Shown in pieces: positions 12,047 through 26,200 of a stretch of DNA of 64,000 nucleotides. Below the pieces are notes generated by a model. The model saw nothing but the letters and a program-made list of their open reading frames with translations. It was not told the origin of the DNA and made no database searches. Each line of letters starts with the position of its first letter. Positions within the stretch are counted from its first letter, which is position 1. Source of the DNA: Eutreptiella sp. 'Long Island Sound 2002'. Taxonomy: Eukaryota; Protista; Euglenida. The translations under genes and the position numbers were made by a program. The stretch lies in assembly GCA_964036045.1 (NCBI GenBank), contig OZ038378.1, positions 68,572,001 through 68,636,000 on the forward strand, given 5' to 3'.

Positions 12047-13227
12047 TTAATGCGTGCGTTGGCAGGGTAGTGCCACTCCCTGTAGGTCATCCTGTTGCAC
12101 CTGAGTACAACCGCAGGCACGTGCCCCAGCATGACGGATCCAATATCTTGAGATCAGGTCTTGGCACTCTGTAGAGATGAATCCCAATACATTATGGAGA
12201 CGATTGAGCGATCGTGGTGGCGCGGGCTGTGTAGCCTCCTCAGGCCTCCCGTTGCTCGCGAGCATGTCCTGCACGGTCTTGGAGTTCTCCTCTGGATTGG
12301 AACAGGTTACCACAGTACCCTGCTCGCTCTTGGGATCCTCTGCGGTGTTCCTAACCCTGATGGGCCGCTTTGGGCATCCTTGTCGAACTTCACACCCTAT
12401 GGTAGGGCACTTTCGGGGATCCTCCTCGGAGTCCTTGACCCCTGTAGGGGTGTCCTTGCAGTCGTAGGTGTCCTTGGCGTGACTCTCCGGGTTAGTCGTG
12501 GGGGTCAACTCCATGACATCCACTGGGGGGGATGAATGGGGATGATTTGGCCCCATCTCAGCCCCGGCGGCGCACAGGGCGCCATTCAGGACCTTGGGAT
12601 CATCGCTCATTACTGTGGCGTCATCCACCAGCCATGGGGTCAAAAGGGCTAGTTTGGGCCCTTCACATTGTTGAGACTCTACACTTAACAACCCTCTGAA
12701 CATCCTCTTTGGCGACTTCCGCTTGGTGTGCTCGACCGCGTTGTTTGTGTCTGCAGTTCCCATTATTGGTGTTGACGCGGTTCCCATGATCTTCTTGATG
12801 ATCTCGCAGGCGCCGGCCATTCTTGAGTTGGCGGCAACCATTGGGGCTGCTCTTCAACTGATGGCTGCCTCCATGGCTGCGAGAGGGCGGCCACTGAAAC
12901 AGGGGCGTGCCCTTGGGAGCATTCAGGCGCCAGGCTCAGGGGGTGGTCCTGAGCTGGGGCTGCTGGGCTCTGTCCACTAGAAGAGGTGGGTAGGGGGGCG
13001 CTGACTGCCTCCTCCATCACTAGGATCCTCTTCTCCATGGCCTCGAAGGGCTTGTCCAAGACCAGGGCGGGCCTGCATACGCGCGTGGCCTGTCTCAAGT
13101 CAATGACGAAGTCCTGCAAGATAAGGCGGCCTACCGTGCTGCATTGGATGGTGACCCGCTCTTTCGCAGAGTCTGCCAACTCCATGACGGCCTTGGTCAG
13201 CGAGTCCATGGTGCCTTCGAAGTCCAT
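12047..13227 (-). pseudogene. Degenerate ORF of unknown element (helical N-terminus, low-complexity remainder)
   Basis: Overlapping minus-strand ORFs 12763-13227 (MDFEGTMDSLTKAVMELADSAKERV...) and 12047-12841 look like one frameshifted protein. No recognisable motif. Confidence 0.3.
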
Positions 13228-13319
13228 CTTTGTGGGTTTGACACTTTCCGAGGATCAGGGGCTTGATTCCCTCCTTAACGATGGCGCTCAGGATGTGGGG
13301 CTGGGCGATGCTTCGATTT

Positions 13320-14010
13320 GCTGGTCCAGGCCTACCGTCCGCGCATTGACCTTGTCAGAGCCCATGCGGCCTCCTTACTTGCAGGTAACCATAGCATAGA
13401 CAAAAGACCACTCACATCCACATTGAGTCCCTCAAAGTCTGTGAACATGCATCGAAGCAATCCCCTTGGGGTCTAGACAACAAAGGAAAGAATGCATGTA
13501 CAAATGGTCATAGGAACATGTAAGACCTCCAAACCATGTCCCGGTTAGGGTAAGGTGCAATAATTGTTACAATTCACAAAGGAAGATGCATCAAGGCAGG
13601 AGATCGGAGGACAAAGGGTGCCCAATCTCCCACTCAGCACATCGTGGGTAGCTTGATTCGGGATCTCCAAGGCGGAAGAACAAAACATGCGAAAACATCA
13701 AGACGTGGCTCAGGCCCATTGGCTGTCAAAGCCTACCCAAGTGAAGCGGTTTTCGATCTCCACTCCGGGGACCACCGGACCCCAGAGGCCGGGCTTGAAT
13801 GCCTAAGCACTTACTCTCCATGCTCCCGGAAATATCTCGACTCAACTCTCTTTGGGGCAAGAGATAGCCCAACCACACCACCGTAGCGGGAGTGATGGTC
13901 CAAGGTGCCTATAAGACTTAGGCCTCAGAAAGTTTGTTTCAGAGGGGGTAAAGTGGTATATCCCTCATACCACCTCAGGATCCTGTATTCCAAAACGAAA
14001 ACAAGGGTAA
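13320..14010 (+). repeat. Dispersed repeat, copy B (see 405-1085)
   Basis: Same shared blocks as copy A, in the same orientation. Confidence 0.8.
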
Positions 14011-14289
14011 TGGGGAGCACCTTCACCCAGAGACACATAGATGCCAGGACACAACTCCAAACAGGCTCTGAGACCTAGCATGTGAGGTAGAGCAAAAAAA
14101 ATGGCAAACCCTAAACGGGAGGTTGACCACTTCAACACACTGTCCCGCCAAGGTAAAGCAGATTCCAAGGACTCCCTGTTGCCAAATCCAATGGGCATCA
14201 GTCGAAGACTATGCCGACCAGATATCGGAGTACTTCTCCCTGATATCATGACACTGTAACAAGTCTGGTAGGGTGCCCACTTTAGTTAA

Positions 14290-15204
14290 ACTCTCATAAG
14301 TGAAAAGTAAGGCAGTAAAGAATGCAAATAATCTTTCCTAGGGTTGGTCTAAGCTCCGAGGACGTGCATACCGAAAGCATCTGGTGAGCAGATGATTGTC
14401 CTAGAAGCGCTGGCTTCTCCTCACCGTATGGTTGTGCAAGAGCAACAAACTTCAATATATACTTTTTCAGGTCAATTTTTGGGATCTCAGAAAGGGCTTC
14501 CGTACACATTCAGGGACCAGAAAGGAAGTCACAATTGAAGTGACACATGAGTTTGGTCGATCCCATAAGTATACCTCATAACTAAAGCTCCTCAAATACC
14601 AGGAAAATATACTGATGAGAGGCCATGGGTGAAATATTGGCCCAAACCCAGAAGATGGTGTAACTTTCCCATGGCCCGGAAGTGACCTCATGTAATTTCA
14701 AATTTTCAACAAAAATCCAGAGAAAATTCGAAACAGTGAACCTATGTAGCAGTTACCTTCCAAACGATGCTCACTACGAAGGTTTGGAACCTGGTAGTTT
14801 TGAAAACAACCAGTTTTAAACGATCATTTTTACAAAAATGGCCGGTTTTGCCGATTCATAGTTTTCAAAATAAACGGTTTTTCCAATTCATTGCCCTCTT
14901 CTAACAAAAGTCTTTCCATCGGCAGAAGAGAGCCCATACAAGTCGAAGCACGGTGATCAAAACTACGTTAGAAGTTGTAATTCACCATCGTGCATCGCTT
15001 ATTGCTACCAAAGTCTGTGTTTAGTGCAAAAATTGGACAAATTGTACTGCCGAAGAGAACCCGAAAACTTTGGAACCATTCCGATTAATTGGTGTAAATC
15101 GGTTTCCAAAATAACTGGTTGTACCAATTGATTCTAAAATGACCTCCGATTATTGCCGATAACCGGTTTTTCCGATTAATTGGTAAAACCGGTCCCGAAC
15201 CCTA
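14290..15204 (-). mobile_element. Possible DNA-transposon relic (hAT-like)
   Basis: Terminus-like TAGGGTTCGGGACCGG on the minus strand at 15204. Duplicated palindromic CCGATTAATTGGT (15081, 15172). Weak hAT-dimerisation-like peptide ELRPTLGKIICILY near 14340. The second terminus was not found. Confidence 0.25.
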
Positions 15205-17339
15205 CTCACTACAAACTGAAGAGCACCATTGAAACGTAGAAAAATACCCCATCGTCCAACTCCTCATGGACTCGTTACTGTTTACCCACCACGTGACTAC
15301 ATGACAGGGTGGTATGCAGGGTCCATAATGTGCATCTCTGGCACCATGTGAAACCAGTACCTCGCATACATGGCAAAGTTGGTTCCAATAGCTTGGTTAT
15401 GTTACAAAGCATACCACAGCGCCTTCAAATACCAAAAAGAGACACATTGGGGAGCCCTTGGGTCAGCGATCAAGGAGATTGGACCTAAAGACCTGAAAGA
15501 GCCAGGTGGGTGAAGTGAACACACAACAATTGAAATTTCCAAAACATTTTAGAGAATGCAGTAGTGTGCCAAGTTCAAGAAGAGTTAAAAGCGCATGCAG
15601 TTGGGGAAGAAAGCATGTAGGGACCATGGGGACAATGACTTCTCGAACAATTCACCAAAAGCCCAATAGTAGTGGATTACCATGGTCATCACAAGTGAAC
15701 ACATGAAGAATATAAAGTTCAAGACACAATTACTGAGATTGATATGTGGCCGTGTGTACAATGATTCACAACCGAACAAGGTAAATTGACAAAGGTGCAC
15801 ACATGCTGCAACAGCACACACATCACTTAGACTTGAACTTGACGCGAGCCTGGAGATCCAAGCTCAAAAATTGCGCGCATGAAAGTCCAGAAAAGAGTGA
15901 TTTTTGGCCAGAAGTCAATATGCCCAAATGGGCTCAAAAAGTCTGAAAGTTCGGTCCAAAAGATGTTGAATGCGTCGAGACGGGACCAAAACCAGAACAT
16001 ATTTTGCTTGTACTCACCAAGTACGACCAAAGTGAGCTCTTACTTACTTCCCGTCGCCACTATTGTGTGGGAATATAGTGGCGAGCGTTGAGTACATGAA
16101 AAAAACATGCTTAAAATGAAATCATCAAAATTGATGCACAAACTCGCCAATCGCTGAAATGAACTTGAACCACAACAGTTATGAAGCTAGAGAGTTGTCA
16201 TTACTATGCAAGAAAAAAGAAACAAAAAACTCAACAATGCCGCGACATACAGTTTCGGCACGGTGGCAACATAAACACAACAAGCATGTACTAATCATGC
16301 ATCAAGGTCGGTCTCACCATGGAGTGTGGTGATCCACCAGGACCATAACTCGACAATGCAAAGCAAAGGGAAGGCAAACCAAAATGTTTCCCAATGTTGA
16401 CGTCACCCGGGAATCAATGACATTGACTGGAACTTCGAACTTACCATGGTCTGCAAACAACAACCAAGCTGAATTCGACCCTAATAATTAGGGTATATCT
16501 CTAAACTTGCGTGCAATTCACAAGAAGAAATAACATACCATTGAAGAAGAGAGTCATAGGGTCCCAACGCGTATGTTCTCAACAGAAACGGATGGAGAAT
16601 CTCAATTCACGGCTAGGCAGAATGGGGTACATGAAATACATAAGACATGCATGCCATGCCTAAACTAACAATGCAGGGTACAAGCAAAAGGCACAATAAC
16701 GTGCCCGGAACGATGCCTGAGGTATTCCTATACCTTAGGTGGCTCGGCATCATGACGGTAAGGGTTTTTCGGAAATGGTGGCACCGCAGCCCGAACCTTT
16801 AATTCCGTATTGTATACTGAGTATCGACTATTGCCACCATGCAGTCAGAATTGAGTTAGATCAACAGAATGGACTAGCCGTGAAGGCCAGTTCATGGCCT
16901 CGTGATTTGGGTCGCCAGATCCAAACTGGCAGTTCGCCCGCAAATTGGCGCCATGCTGGTTCACCACCAGACCGCGACCAATATCTAACTTCGGTACCTG
17001 TGTGCATTTAAGGCAAATCCGCATAGGTATCAACAGGGCCATGGATTCCTTATCGACTGACACAAAAGCGGCAAAAAAAAACCCCAAATACCCTGATATC
17101 CCTTCCCGCAGGCTGACGTCAAAAGGACCATGAAAGGAAAGGTTAAGGGCTGATGAAGGGTTATGATATACCCTAACAAATCCTATAGTGTGGGCATATA
17201 AAAGGCGACACAGAGGGATGACTGGGGTCAGCACAAGGGGGACCATGTGTCTTCGTAACCGAGGTTCAGGCCCCACAGGGAGGACCGCGGGGCACAGGGC
17301 ATGACGGCAACCAAACAATTGTCTGTGGGAAGAATGTAG

Positions 17340-18030
17340 AATATTGATGGAGAAGCTAGACCAACTGTGAAGAAGACATCAATGGCTTTGAAGAAGGAAG
17401 ACAAAGAAAAGAGAGAGAATGAAGCGAAAATGAAGGAACAACAGAAGAAGCTCAACAAAATAGGCATGATCACGTGCAATCAACGGCGTTTGTGCAGTCT
17501 ACGGTGGACAAGACGCTGCTGGCGGCCGCCATTGCTCAAGCTCAAGCGAGCGGAACCGCTGCCGACCCCGTCTTGGCGAATCCCGTTGGAGCATCAGGAG
17601 GACTGAATATGAATCACTTCCTCAATCCGCTTCATTTGAGGCTCAGAGGTGGGGCGATAAGGCAGCCCAAGCACTAATTATTGTGCCTTCTTTGAGAGAC
17701 AATTTTGGGTTTCGGCTGCAGGAGGAGAGACTCGAGCTGGACCTCTGGATCCTCTGTTTGATGGAATGTTTGACTGGCAAACTCAAGGAGTCCAGGTACA
17801 ATGAATTATCCGAAACGCAAAATGAGGGAGGCACGTTGAAGTATGAAGAGCTGTGGCGGACTCTCAGGAAGAAAGGCTCAAGACTCCATGAGGATCATTA
17901 CAGGAACTGGCTGGAGAACTTCAGAACGATCAAAAAGTCATTTCTGGAAGAGGTTCAACCAGGAAGGCAAGATTCAGAGTTGCCTGTCCAGGAAGCGTGG
18001 AGCGCCGGGGAAGTACCTCCAGAAGGTTAA
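17340..18030 (+). pseudogene. Gag-like relic of a retroelement (frameshifted)
   Basis: Charged coiled coil (LKKEDKEKRENEAKMKEQQKKL), an Ala-rich linker, then LWILCLMECLTGKLKE...LKYEELWRTLRKK...HYRNWL. This recalls retrotransposon gag helices. No pol nearby. Confidence 0.3.
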
Positions 18031-19384
18031 TTGAAAAAAATTTCTCTCAGGAAACCGGCTCCTGAGACGAAGGCTGATTGTTATGAAACTCTTTTTTGAA
18101 TATCTTTAAGTTTCGGAATCCAATCCTCACCACGAGGCGAACTCACCATCGACACAAGAATCCTGATACTTCTGGACAGATGGCCAGAATCGTTCATATT
18201 TCCAACATACCCTAAGCGCCGATATACAAAACATTCATAACAGTACAATTTCTTGTATTTCTGTCCTGTAAAATATCTAATGCTGTGATTGCATGCGCGC
18301 TCTTTCTGGCTGCGGCCAGCCCAAACTGGTCATCAACTCGTCAACCCCCCCGCCATGCCCTTGTCGCAGCCACTAGGCCACCTGCAAGGGCTGAAACACA
18401 CAGAGAGGCATGCATAGCCACTAATGTACATGTATCGTATATAAAAAGGTTAGCACTCACAACGGAAATGCCAAAGTCAGCTGAGAAAACAGAACCGACT
18501 GAGATGCACTGAAATTGGCACACACAATTGAATACTGTTCACTATTCCACCCCCAAGACCTCAGTCTGACCTAAAGTTCCTCTACCTTTCTTCGGGTATC
18601 CTACACACTATTCTGAGTTGGGGGGTTTCCCTGCCACTGTAAAACACCAGCTGACTATGGGAAAAGTCTCTACGAAAGCCCTACAAGTTTTCAATCCCAA
18701 AAATTACCTAAGCTGAATTCTGCTCTAAACTACTGGCCTGAAACTCAGTGGGGAGTCTTTCCAAAAGCTGATATTCAAACTGTTCTAATTATTGTGCTTC
18801 CACCTAAGGCCTATGCCATATTGTGCAAAAAAGCTTCCGGCAGCAGACAAAACCATGCCCAGAAACTTGGAAAAAGAAAAACTGACAAACAGGCACAAAA
18901 GCAGCAACAACAGGGCGAAAGAAAGACAAACTGTGGTCCCTTAGGTCCCTTAGGTGCTGAGGTGGCATGGCATGTGGCGCTGAGGTCACTGCCGGGTCAG
19001 ATGGGATCATCCTACTTAGCTAGGTTGTCTGGGTATTCAACCCGAGACCCCTAAAAAAAAGGTGCCCCAGCCCCCTAGCCTGCACACCACTAGGATAGCT
19101 AAGCATTCATGAGAAAGAATAGAAAAATGTAAAGGCTCTGACCTCAGAGCAGCGCCCCAGTCGATCAGCTAAATGATGTTTATGTCAAGCCAGTTGGGGG
19201 GTCAGGGGGCCACACAACATCCTTGGTTTAGTGTTTGGTTTTATAGGTCAAAATGCTGTGTCCCCGAATTTGGTTAGGCCAACACTAAGATAAAAATGTG
19301 GTATGCCTCTAGGCATCGCTAACACAACTAAAGCTTACTCCTAGGCATGGAAATACACTTTTTCCATTGGGCCTCATCACAAAC

Positions 19385-20134
19385 GTTTTCCTTCAAGTGA
19401 TTGATTCCCAGCGCTCCGGGGGCCTGCGATCTCCCGTTTGTGGTGCTGGTCATTGTACAGCTTCACTGCTTCCTCACCAAGCCACTCGAGCACGTCCTCG
19501 CAACTGATGCTCATGGGGATGGCCTACACACCAATTCTGTAGGCACCAACCGCAAGCTTGTGCAACCTCCAGACCAAGGCCTTCTCTCAATCACCCTAGC
19601 TGGTGACTAGGAGGGCATTCTAGAGCGAGTGGGTTTTGGTGTTCCAAGGGATATTCACCCTCATGCCGCTCACCACCTACTTCTGTAGCAACTTGCAAAG
19701 CATCATTGTCACTGTGTGAGTTGACTTCCCCCAGCTCGCCTCCTCCTTAGTGACACGCTAGAACTACACTTCTGGCCGGAGTTATGAGTTCTCCACGTTC
19801 TAAGGCATCCACACGTGTTGTCCCTCAAAGGCGCCCCAATCAAGCAAACGGATGTCCTTGCCATCGTACCGAAGTGTCATGCCATTCCATGGATTGGCTG
19901 CGACGTGCAATGCGTTTTGCTCCGTAGGCCACCTCTTCTTGTCTTGGAGGGTCATGATCTTGCCATCCGTCTGCGCTGCAAAGTGCCACTGTTGGAGCGT
20001 CTGAAGGGCCGAACGTGAAACCGCTTGTAGATGTACTTCTCACCGGCCATAGGGGCCATCTTTGCTATGACCTTGAGTCCCAAGTTCTCTAGTGGCTCAA
20101 GGAAGCACTCGAGGTTCAGGAAACTTTCCAACAT
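19385..20134 (-). pseudogene. Second gag-like relic, many nonsense codons
   Basis: The minus frame reads ...RVTKEEA...LCKLLQK*...ALLVTS*..EKALVWRL...MSISCEDVLEWLGEEAVKLYN. It is protein-like but broken by TAG/TGA stops. Confidence 0.3.
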
Positions 20135-23059
20135 GAGTGGGACGGCCCATGTCCGTCACGTCTAGCCACAAAGCGGGCTGAATAACCTTGTTGCCCATGA
20201 ATGCCGGTTGTGGTGGCGGAGAGGCCCATGGCTAGAGCTATCACAAGGTGAGGGGGAAAGGCAGGTTCCAAGGATCTCATAGGTAATTTGTGTCTACTAG
20301 TAGTGTGAACGGTTACATGTTTTTTGTCATCGCTGAAGCGCAAAGGCTCTTTTGCCCTGTAGACTGGCACGGCTGATGGCATTATCATTTCTTGGGGTTG
20401 CAATGCCCGTTGATGATGCTGTACTGCACAACATGGACCGCAAATGAGCCCGTGAAATGTAGCCCCTTTGTAGAATCTACCACATGCCAGTATCGCGTGT
20501 TCATGTCCCTTTACAATCTATTGTCATTTTTTGCTCTTTGCAGCACCGAGATATTGGCAAAACGCCAAATAGCGACGTTGGTCTTGTTAGAAATCTTGTT
20601 GATGCGGGTTCCTTGTTGGAATGCATGCTCTGTCTGTACAAATGTATAGGTAGATTCATTGCGGGTGTGGGGGCAACGTATGCACCTAAAATGAAGTTGT
20701 TGTGCTCGAAGCATGCAACTCTCTCATTCCATGCATGGTAGGCGTTGATGCACAATGTGTCTGCTCTCCCGAAAGGATTAGAGTTCGGGCAGTCAATGAT
20801 AATGCTGATGATGGTGCAAGTGTGGGCCGTATCACTTACCTTGTTATGGCAGGCGCGGGTTGTGCACATGAAGGTTGCTCACAAAGTCATGTAGTTGCTT
20901 CCACTCTTAATAACGCACCTTACTTTTGCCACCATCGATTGTTGTTGACATTTTATCGCAAATGGTTTGATGCGTTCAAGATTTGGGCCAGTTGGTACCT
21001 TGTTGGGGCTGTCGCTCCAAAATTGTTGGGTTTGTGGCCTACGTGCAGATGGCTAAGGCGTGTAATTCAATGGTTTGCATCACTTTACATTCCGTGCGGT
21101 GCTGATGTATGAGGACGATGGTCCAAGCAAGAACTCTGTACACCCGAGTTATGTAAACCAGATGGCGGGTGATCGTTACCAATGAAGCGTCCTTTCAATT
21201 TATAGTCTTCGAAGGCATAATGTAGTGGCCCGAACATAGGTTGTGATCGGCTTGCTCAGCGTTTTCCAGCCTCTTTAGGGGCTGCATGGGCTTGGCTGGT
21301 TTGTGGACCATCGCAAGATTGGTCAGTGGTGTTTTATTTCATTCTCGGCCAGGACCTCCCTTTTTTGGGCTACCACTCTTTTGGTGCTACGCTTGCTTTG
21401 CGGCCCCCACTGCAATATTTCCTAGGGTGCAAGCTGTTGGGGCTCAAAGAGGTCTAGTAGTTGCAGGGTGGTCTGCATCTTTGTCCCGGTATGCCCATCG
21501 GATGGTGTACTTCGTTGTGCGTTGTGGTGCGAAGATTGGCTTGCTTGATAAGAAAATCCTCTATGATGTCCTTAGCATCCGGTGGATCCAAAAGGGTTGG
21601 GTTTGTTTGCAATCCAAGCCTGTTAATGCCATGTAGAGCTTGTGCCACAAATAGGTAAGGTTGCAGGGTATGGTAGATGCTAAAGGCTTTTATGTACGAC
21701 CTCGCCAAAGCCGATCTCATGTGATCCCTCTGTGGGAGAGAAAAAGGGCATCAAAGCACGGCGCTCTAGCCATGTCCACGACTCCTGGTCCAAACTGGGT
21801 TCACAATTCCCATTGGCCCTGTTCAAGCTGACGGGCAAGGGCCACAGCCAACTATAGTGACCCCAAACCCTCTTTGTGGCCACAAATGCAAACGGATGGG
21901 GTAAACGTAAAGTAACGTGTATATGCTCCACCTTTGGTATACAAAATAGGCGGAGGAAAACATTGTACAACTGAGAGCCGGCAAAAGATGCAAGCGATAT
22001 AAATAAGTCCAGAATGCATGTTTATAAAAACGATCACTTTTCATCAACGTAGATTTGCCCTTCCACATTAAACGTAATTACCCTCTACTTGATTAGCTCA
22101 TGAAATAAATATTGATCGTGTTCGAGCTGGCCGGTTGCATCTTTAGTGTAACTATGTGGCACCTTGAACAAGTCTTTACGAATGAAGACCTTAAAAATAT
22201 TGTCCTTCTTTATGGTACGAGTGGCCATGGAAAGTAGTGCCTTGGGCCCCGGACCTTTCACACTTTGGAGGGATCCTTACATTTGACCATGGTAGCGGCG
22301 TCTTGTACACTCTGCTAGGTCTCCTCGTCCTCAACTTTGAGCACGGTACAGGTGGCCTAAACAGTCTCTTCGATCTTTGAAAAGTCACCATCACTTTGGA
22401 TGTCGGGGGGAGGGGGGGCAAAGTAACAACGAAGGAGAGTGAAATACTTTACATGATCAAGGGGGTGAAGGGAGCACAAGAGCAAGATTAGTGTCAAAAA
22501 TGCTCAAAACGTAATCGACAAAACACAATGAAAAAACCCAGTGAGCCAATACTAGGGTGATGTGCACGCCCCAAAAAAAACAATACTAAGCATCCTTTTG
22601 GAATGCCAAACCCTGTTACTCGAAGGTTTAGCCATGCGTCTTGACCGCAGCTAAAAAACGGCGGATCAAAGAAATGGACCCCAAGGGTACCCATATGCAA
22701 GTAACGAAACATTCCAAATGGACACATCAACCAGAGCACACATAAGCCAAGTGTAGCCTGTCTTTGCCAGAGGTTTTAACTACAGCACTGTTGCTACGGC
22801 GCCACACAATGCTGCTACTGTGGAGCCATATTCAGCAATGTGCATCAACTTGTCCGCACCCTTGACCTAAGGAGCTGCAAAAGTCCACCCATGTGGTTCT
22901 TCAGTTTCGATACGGTAGAGCTCTTGGTTCAACCAACACAACATATCCTTGTCAATGAACCAATCTCCCGCCCCCTACCATGTGGGGATCCCCAACTTCA
23001 GGGCAGGCAACAAAATCAGAAATACTATTCAAGTGGTCACATTGGCTACATGCAGGTAA

Positions 23060-23290
23060 TTTTTTCCGGTAAAATGGTTTAAATTCATCTTTGCGGTAAA
23101 ATGGTGTGTTTTTTGGTGCGGTAAAGTCGTGTAACTTTTGGGTTGCGGTAAACATCATTACAAAAAAATGGTGAAATTGCCTTACTTTCTTTTGCAGAAA
23201 GTGCGAATACAAAAACATTGTCGTGTCGCGCAATTTTTTATCCGTGGTAAATGCGAGTGCGGTTTGCACGCAATTACGGTAAAAAAAGCA
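23060..23290. repeat. Cluster of (G)CGGTAAA motifs in AT-rich DNA
   Basis: CGGTAAA or close variants occur about six times between 23066 and 23285. Confidence 0.55.
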
Positions 23291-26200
23291 ACAGAAATCA
23301 AGAACTACATAATGTGATAGTTCTTGTGTTATACAAATTCACCACAAAAAAAAATGCACGTATTACAACAAAACCAAAAATGTCACCACAAAAAACGAAA
23401 TATCACAAAAAAAATACATTCACATCACTATCACTCATTGGCGGCATGTCCTGTGTTTGCAAATGGTTCCCACATGTGCACTTGCTCCTTCCTTGACTAA
23501 CAGATTTACTGCACAGGGAAACTGAAAAAACAACCTTCCATTGCATCGCTTGGGTAAAATTGGCCATTCCAACCAATGTGACCATGCTTGTCAGCAGTCC
23601 CTGTCGATTCACAAATCATTGATAATCACCATGTGAGACCTCAATAAACTGTTTGGTCAGCTACAGAATAGCAAAACACATACGTGCCGAATGCATGGCA
23701 AACGAATGAAGCACATGAGCAGATTGCTCATCCTGCGGTGTGCAGGTTGTACAAACTGATTAATGTACAACAAAAAGGCATTTGGTCCTTGACATGAGCT
23801 CTGAGGATCAGAAGACCACAGTTTTGATGATATGCCATGAAACATAACTTATACATGTGCCTGTACGCAGTTTGACCGTGCTGAGCCAGCTGAGGAATAA
23901 GTTGGCAAGAAAGCAGTCCGAAAATACATCCAGCCAGTGCGCATGTGCGGCTTGTGGCAAACATGCAGTCAGGTGCATGGAACTGCTGGAATTCAGAGCC
24001 ATACCCATACCCATAATCCATGGGATGCACGGAAACACAGTACAGACAGCACCACAGGGGAAGTGTCACGCGAGAGACACTTCCCTCACGCGCCACACCA
24101 AGGTGTGACACTTGCACAGCCACGTTGGTTTGCACTGTCCACTCATTTGATATTATGTTGGTGTGAAGTGGGGGGGGGGGGGGGGTGAGGAACAGGGTTG
24201 CGTGTAATTCCCTCAGGAGAGTGCAAAGACATTGGGGTTCTGAAAAGGCAAAGAGAGCAGGTGGGCAGGGGGGGGGGGGTTCGGGACTTTGGCCAGTCCT
24301 GCAACCAGCGTGCATCCAGGGTGCACATAATACACCTGTTTGCCTCTGGGATACAAAAAATTACCGATGATAGGGAACCCATCCCCGGCGGGCACATGCT
24401 GTGTCTCAGAGCACACACTATCTTCACTTCAGAATGCAGGAAGACGGCATGGGCCACACCTTTTGAACACTGGGTACACAGTGTAGAGGCTTCAGATGCC
24501 ATGAGAAACAGAAATTTGGGTTTCTGAGAGACACAATATCCGCAGAACTGGTGAGGCCGTGGTTGGTCACAAGCCTTCCCTCCAGCAGTCAAAAAACCCA
24601 TAGAGTGACTTGGGAAGCAGCACGCCAAAATGCAGGAGAACCCCCTCCATCAGGCAGGAACACGTCCGTCAGCACAGGACCCCCCAACAGGGAACTACGT
24701 TGTGACACTGAAGGCGCGGGCACCAGCATTTGAAAAAAAAAAAAAAAGGTCTAGATGTTGAATTGACGAAAAGGTATGGGGTGTTTCAATTACATGAGTG
24801 AGAATCACAGGTAAGCCTCTGCCCTTCCCTTCGTGGTCTGAAGTAAACAATCCCACTGTTGTGTACAAAAAACCCTCCAATTTTGGACAAAAAATCCCAC
24901 CTAGGTGTTTGGTACCACACCCGCAGCACAAAAAAGCCCCCCCGGTGCCCACTGTATGGTACAACTTCCCCCACCCCTTGTGAAGTGCAAAAACCCCACC
25001 ACCACTACGACCTCCAATTGTAGACAACCCCAACCCATCCTGTTGCGGGCAAAACACCCCCTGACCCTGGCCAGACCCAAGCACTGCAAAACGACAAAGC
25101 AATATTACTCCAATCACTTTGGACGGTCACATGGTGGTGACCATTGCAAATTCCTGGTACAAGAGCTATCACACCAGGTAAGGTTGGCATACAATCGAAA
25201 ACAGAGGCTGAAAACAACCGGGCAGGCACCAGCGCAAGTTTTTTGTCGAATAATACCTAGTCTTCGCACTTTGCACCCACAGCGCACAGTGCGGCCCCTG
25301 AATCCCAAAAACCAGCCTTCTCAATCGCAGTCCCAGACTGTCGAACGACAGCTGGAAAGGGGGCTGTCTGTGGAGAGAATATTGTCTGCCAGCAGGACCG
25401 CTCACGGCCGAGATATGGGCAGATGAGTTCACTGAGTTCTGTAAATTGTGAGCCAAGAAAGAGGGTGGAGCTACGGCAAAGGACGCAAAGGATCAACTCT
25501 TGGTGGTCTTGCTGCATTATGGGCGACGGAGGGCATTGGTAGGGCACCGCCCACCCCCCAAGATAACGGACAAAATACCCCCTTTGGCATGCGTGGGGGT
25601 TTTCATCCAAATTAAGGGTTTTTTGGGGGGGAGGGGGTTTGTCACGAGGGGGGGGGGGGGGGGGTTGTGACCAGGTGATGGTTAGGGGGTGCAAGCCCAT
25701 GCCTATCCAGCCAGACCATTGCTGTTCTGGACCCCACATGTCCAGAGGGCAGGACTTCCATCGGGGGCTCGAGAGCACTTCAGGTGGGTTGGGGGGGGGG
25801 GGTTCACTTCACCCTCACGTGGCCGCAGCAGCATTAGGCGGCCTCAACCCGCAGCCCCTGCATAACTGTACTTTGCAGGATCAATTCATCTGCCCCAAGC
25901 CTTCGAAATGGATTCCACACAAAAAAAAGGCATCTCGGGCTGTCGCATGTGCTGTGTCCCACAGCGCCTACACCAGGGTGCCCGCCCCCAAAATTCTCAA
26001 ACGGGTATTCAAAGCCCCCCTGATGCGGCATGCAATTTCATGGTGGAATCCCAAATGGAAGAGCGTGAGGGGCAGCAGTGCGTTGCACAGAGCCACCCAC
26101 CACTGCCCTTTGGGCGGCAGCGTCTCGATACACAATTACAGCCCACCCCCACTGAGGGTGTGGTGTCCGGGGAGCAGTGGCTGCCGTTCAGGTGTTGCTG

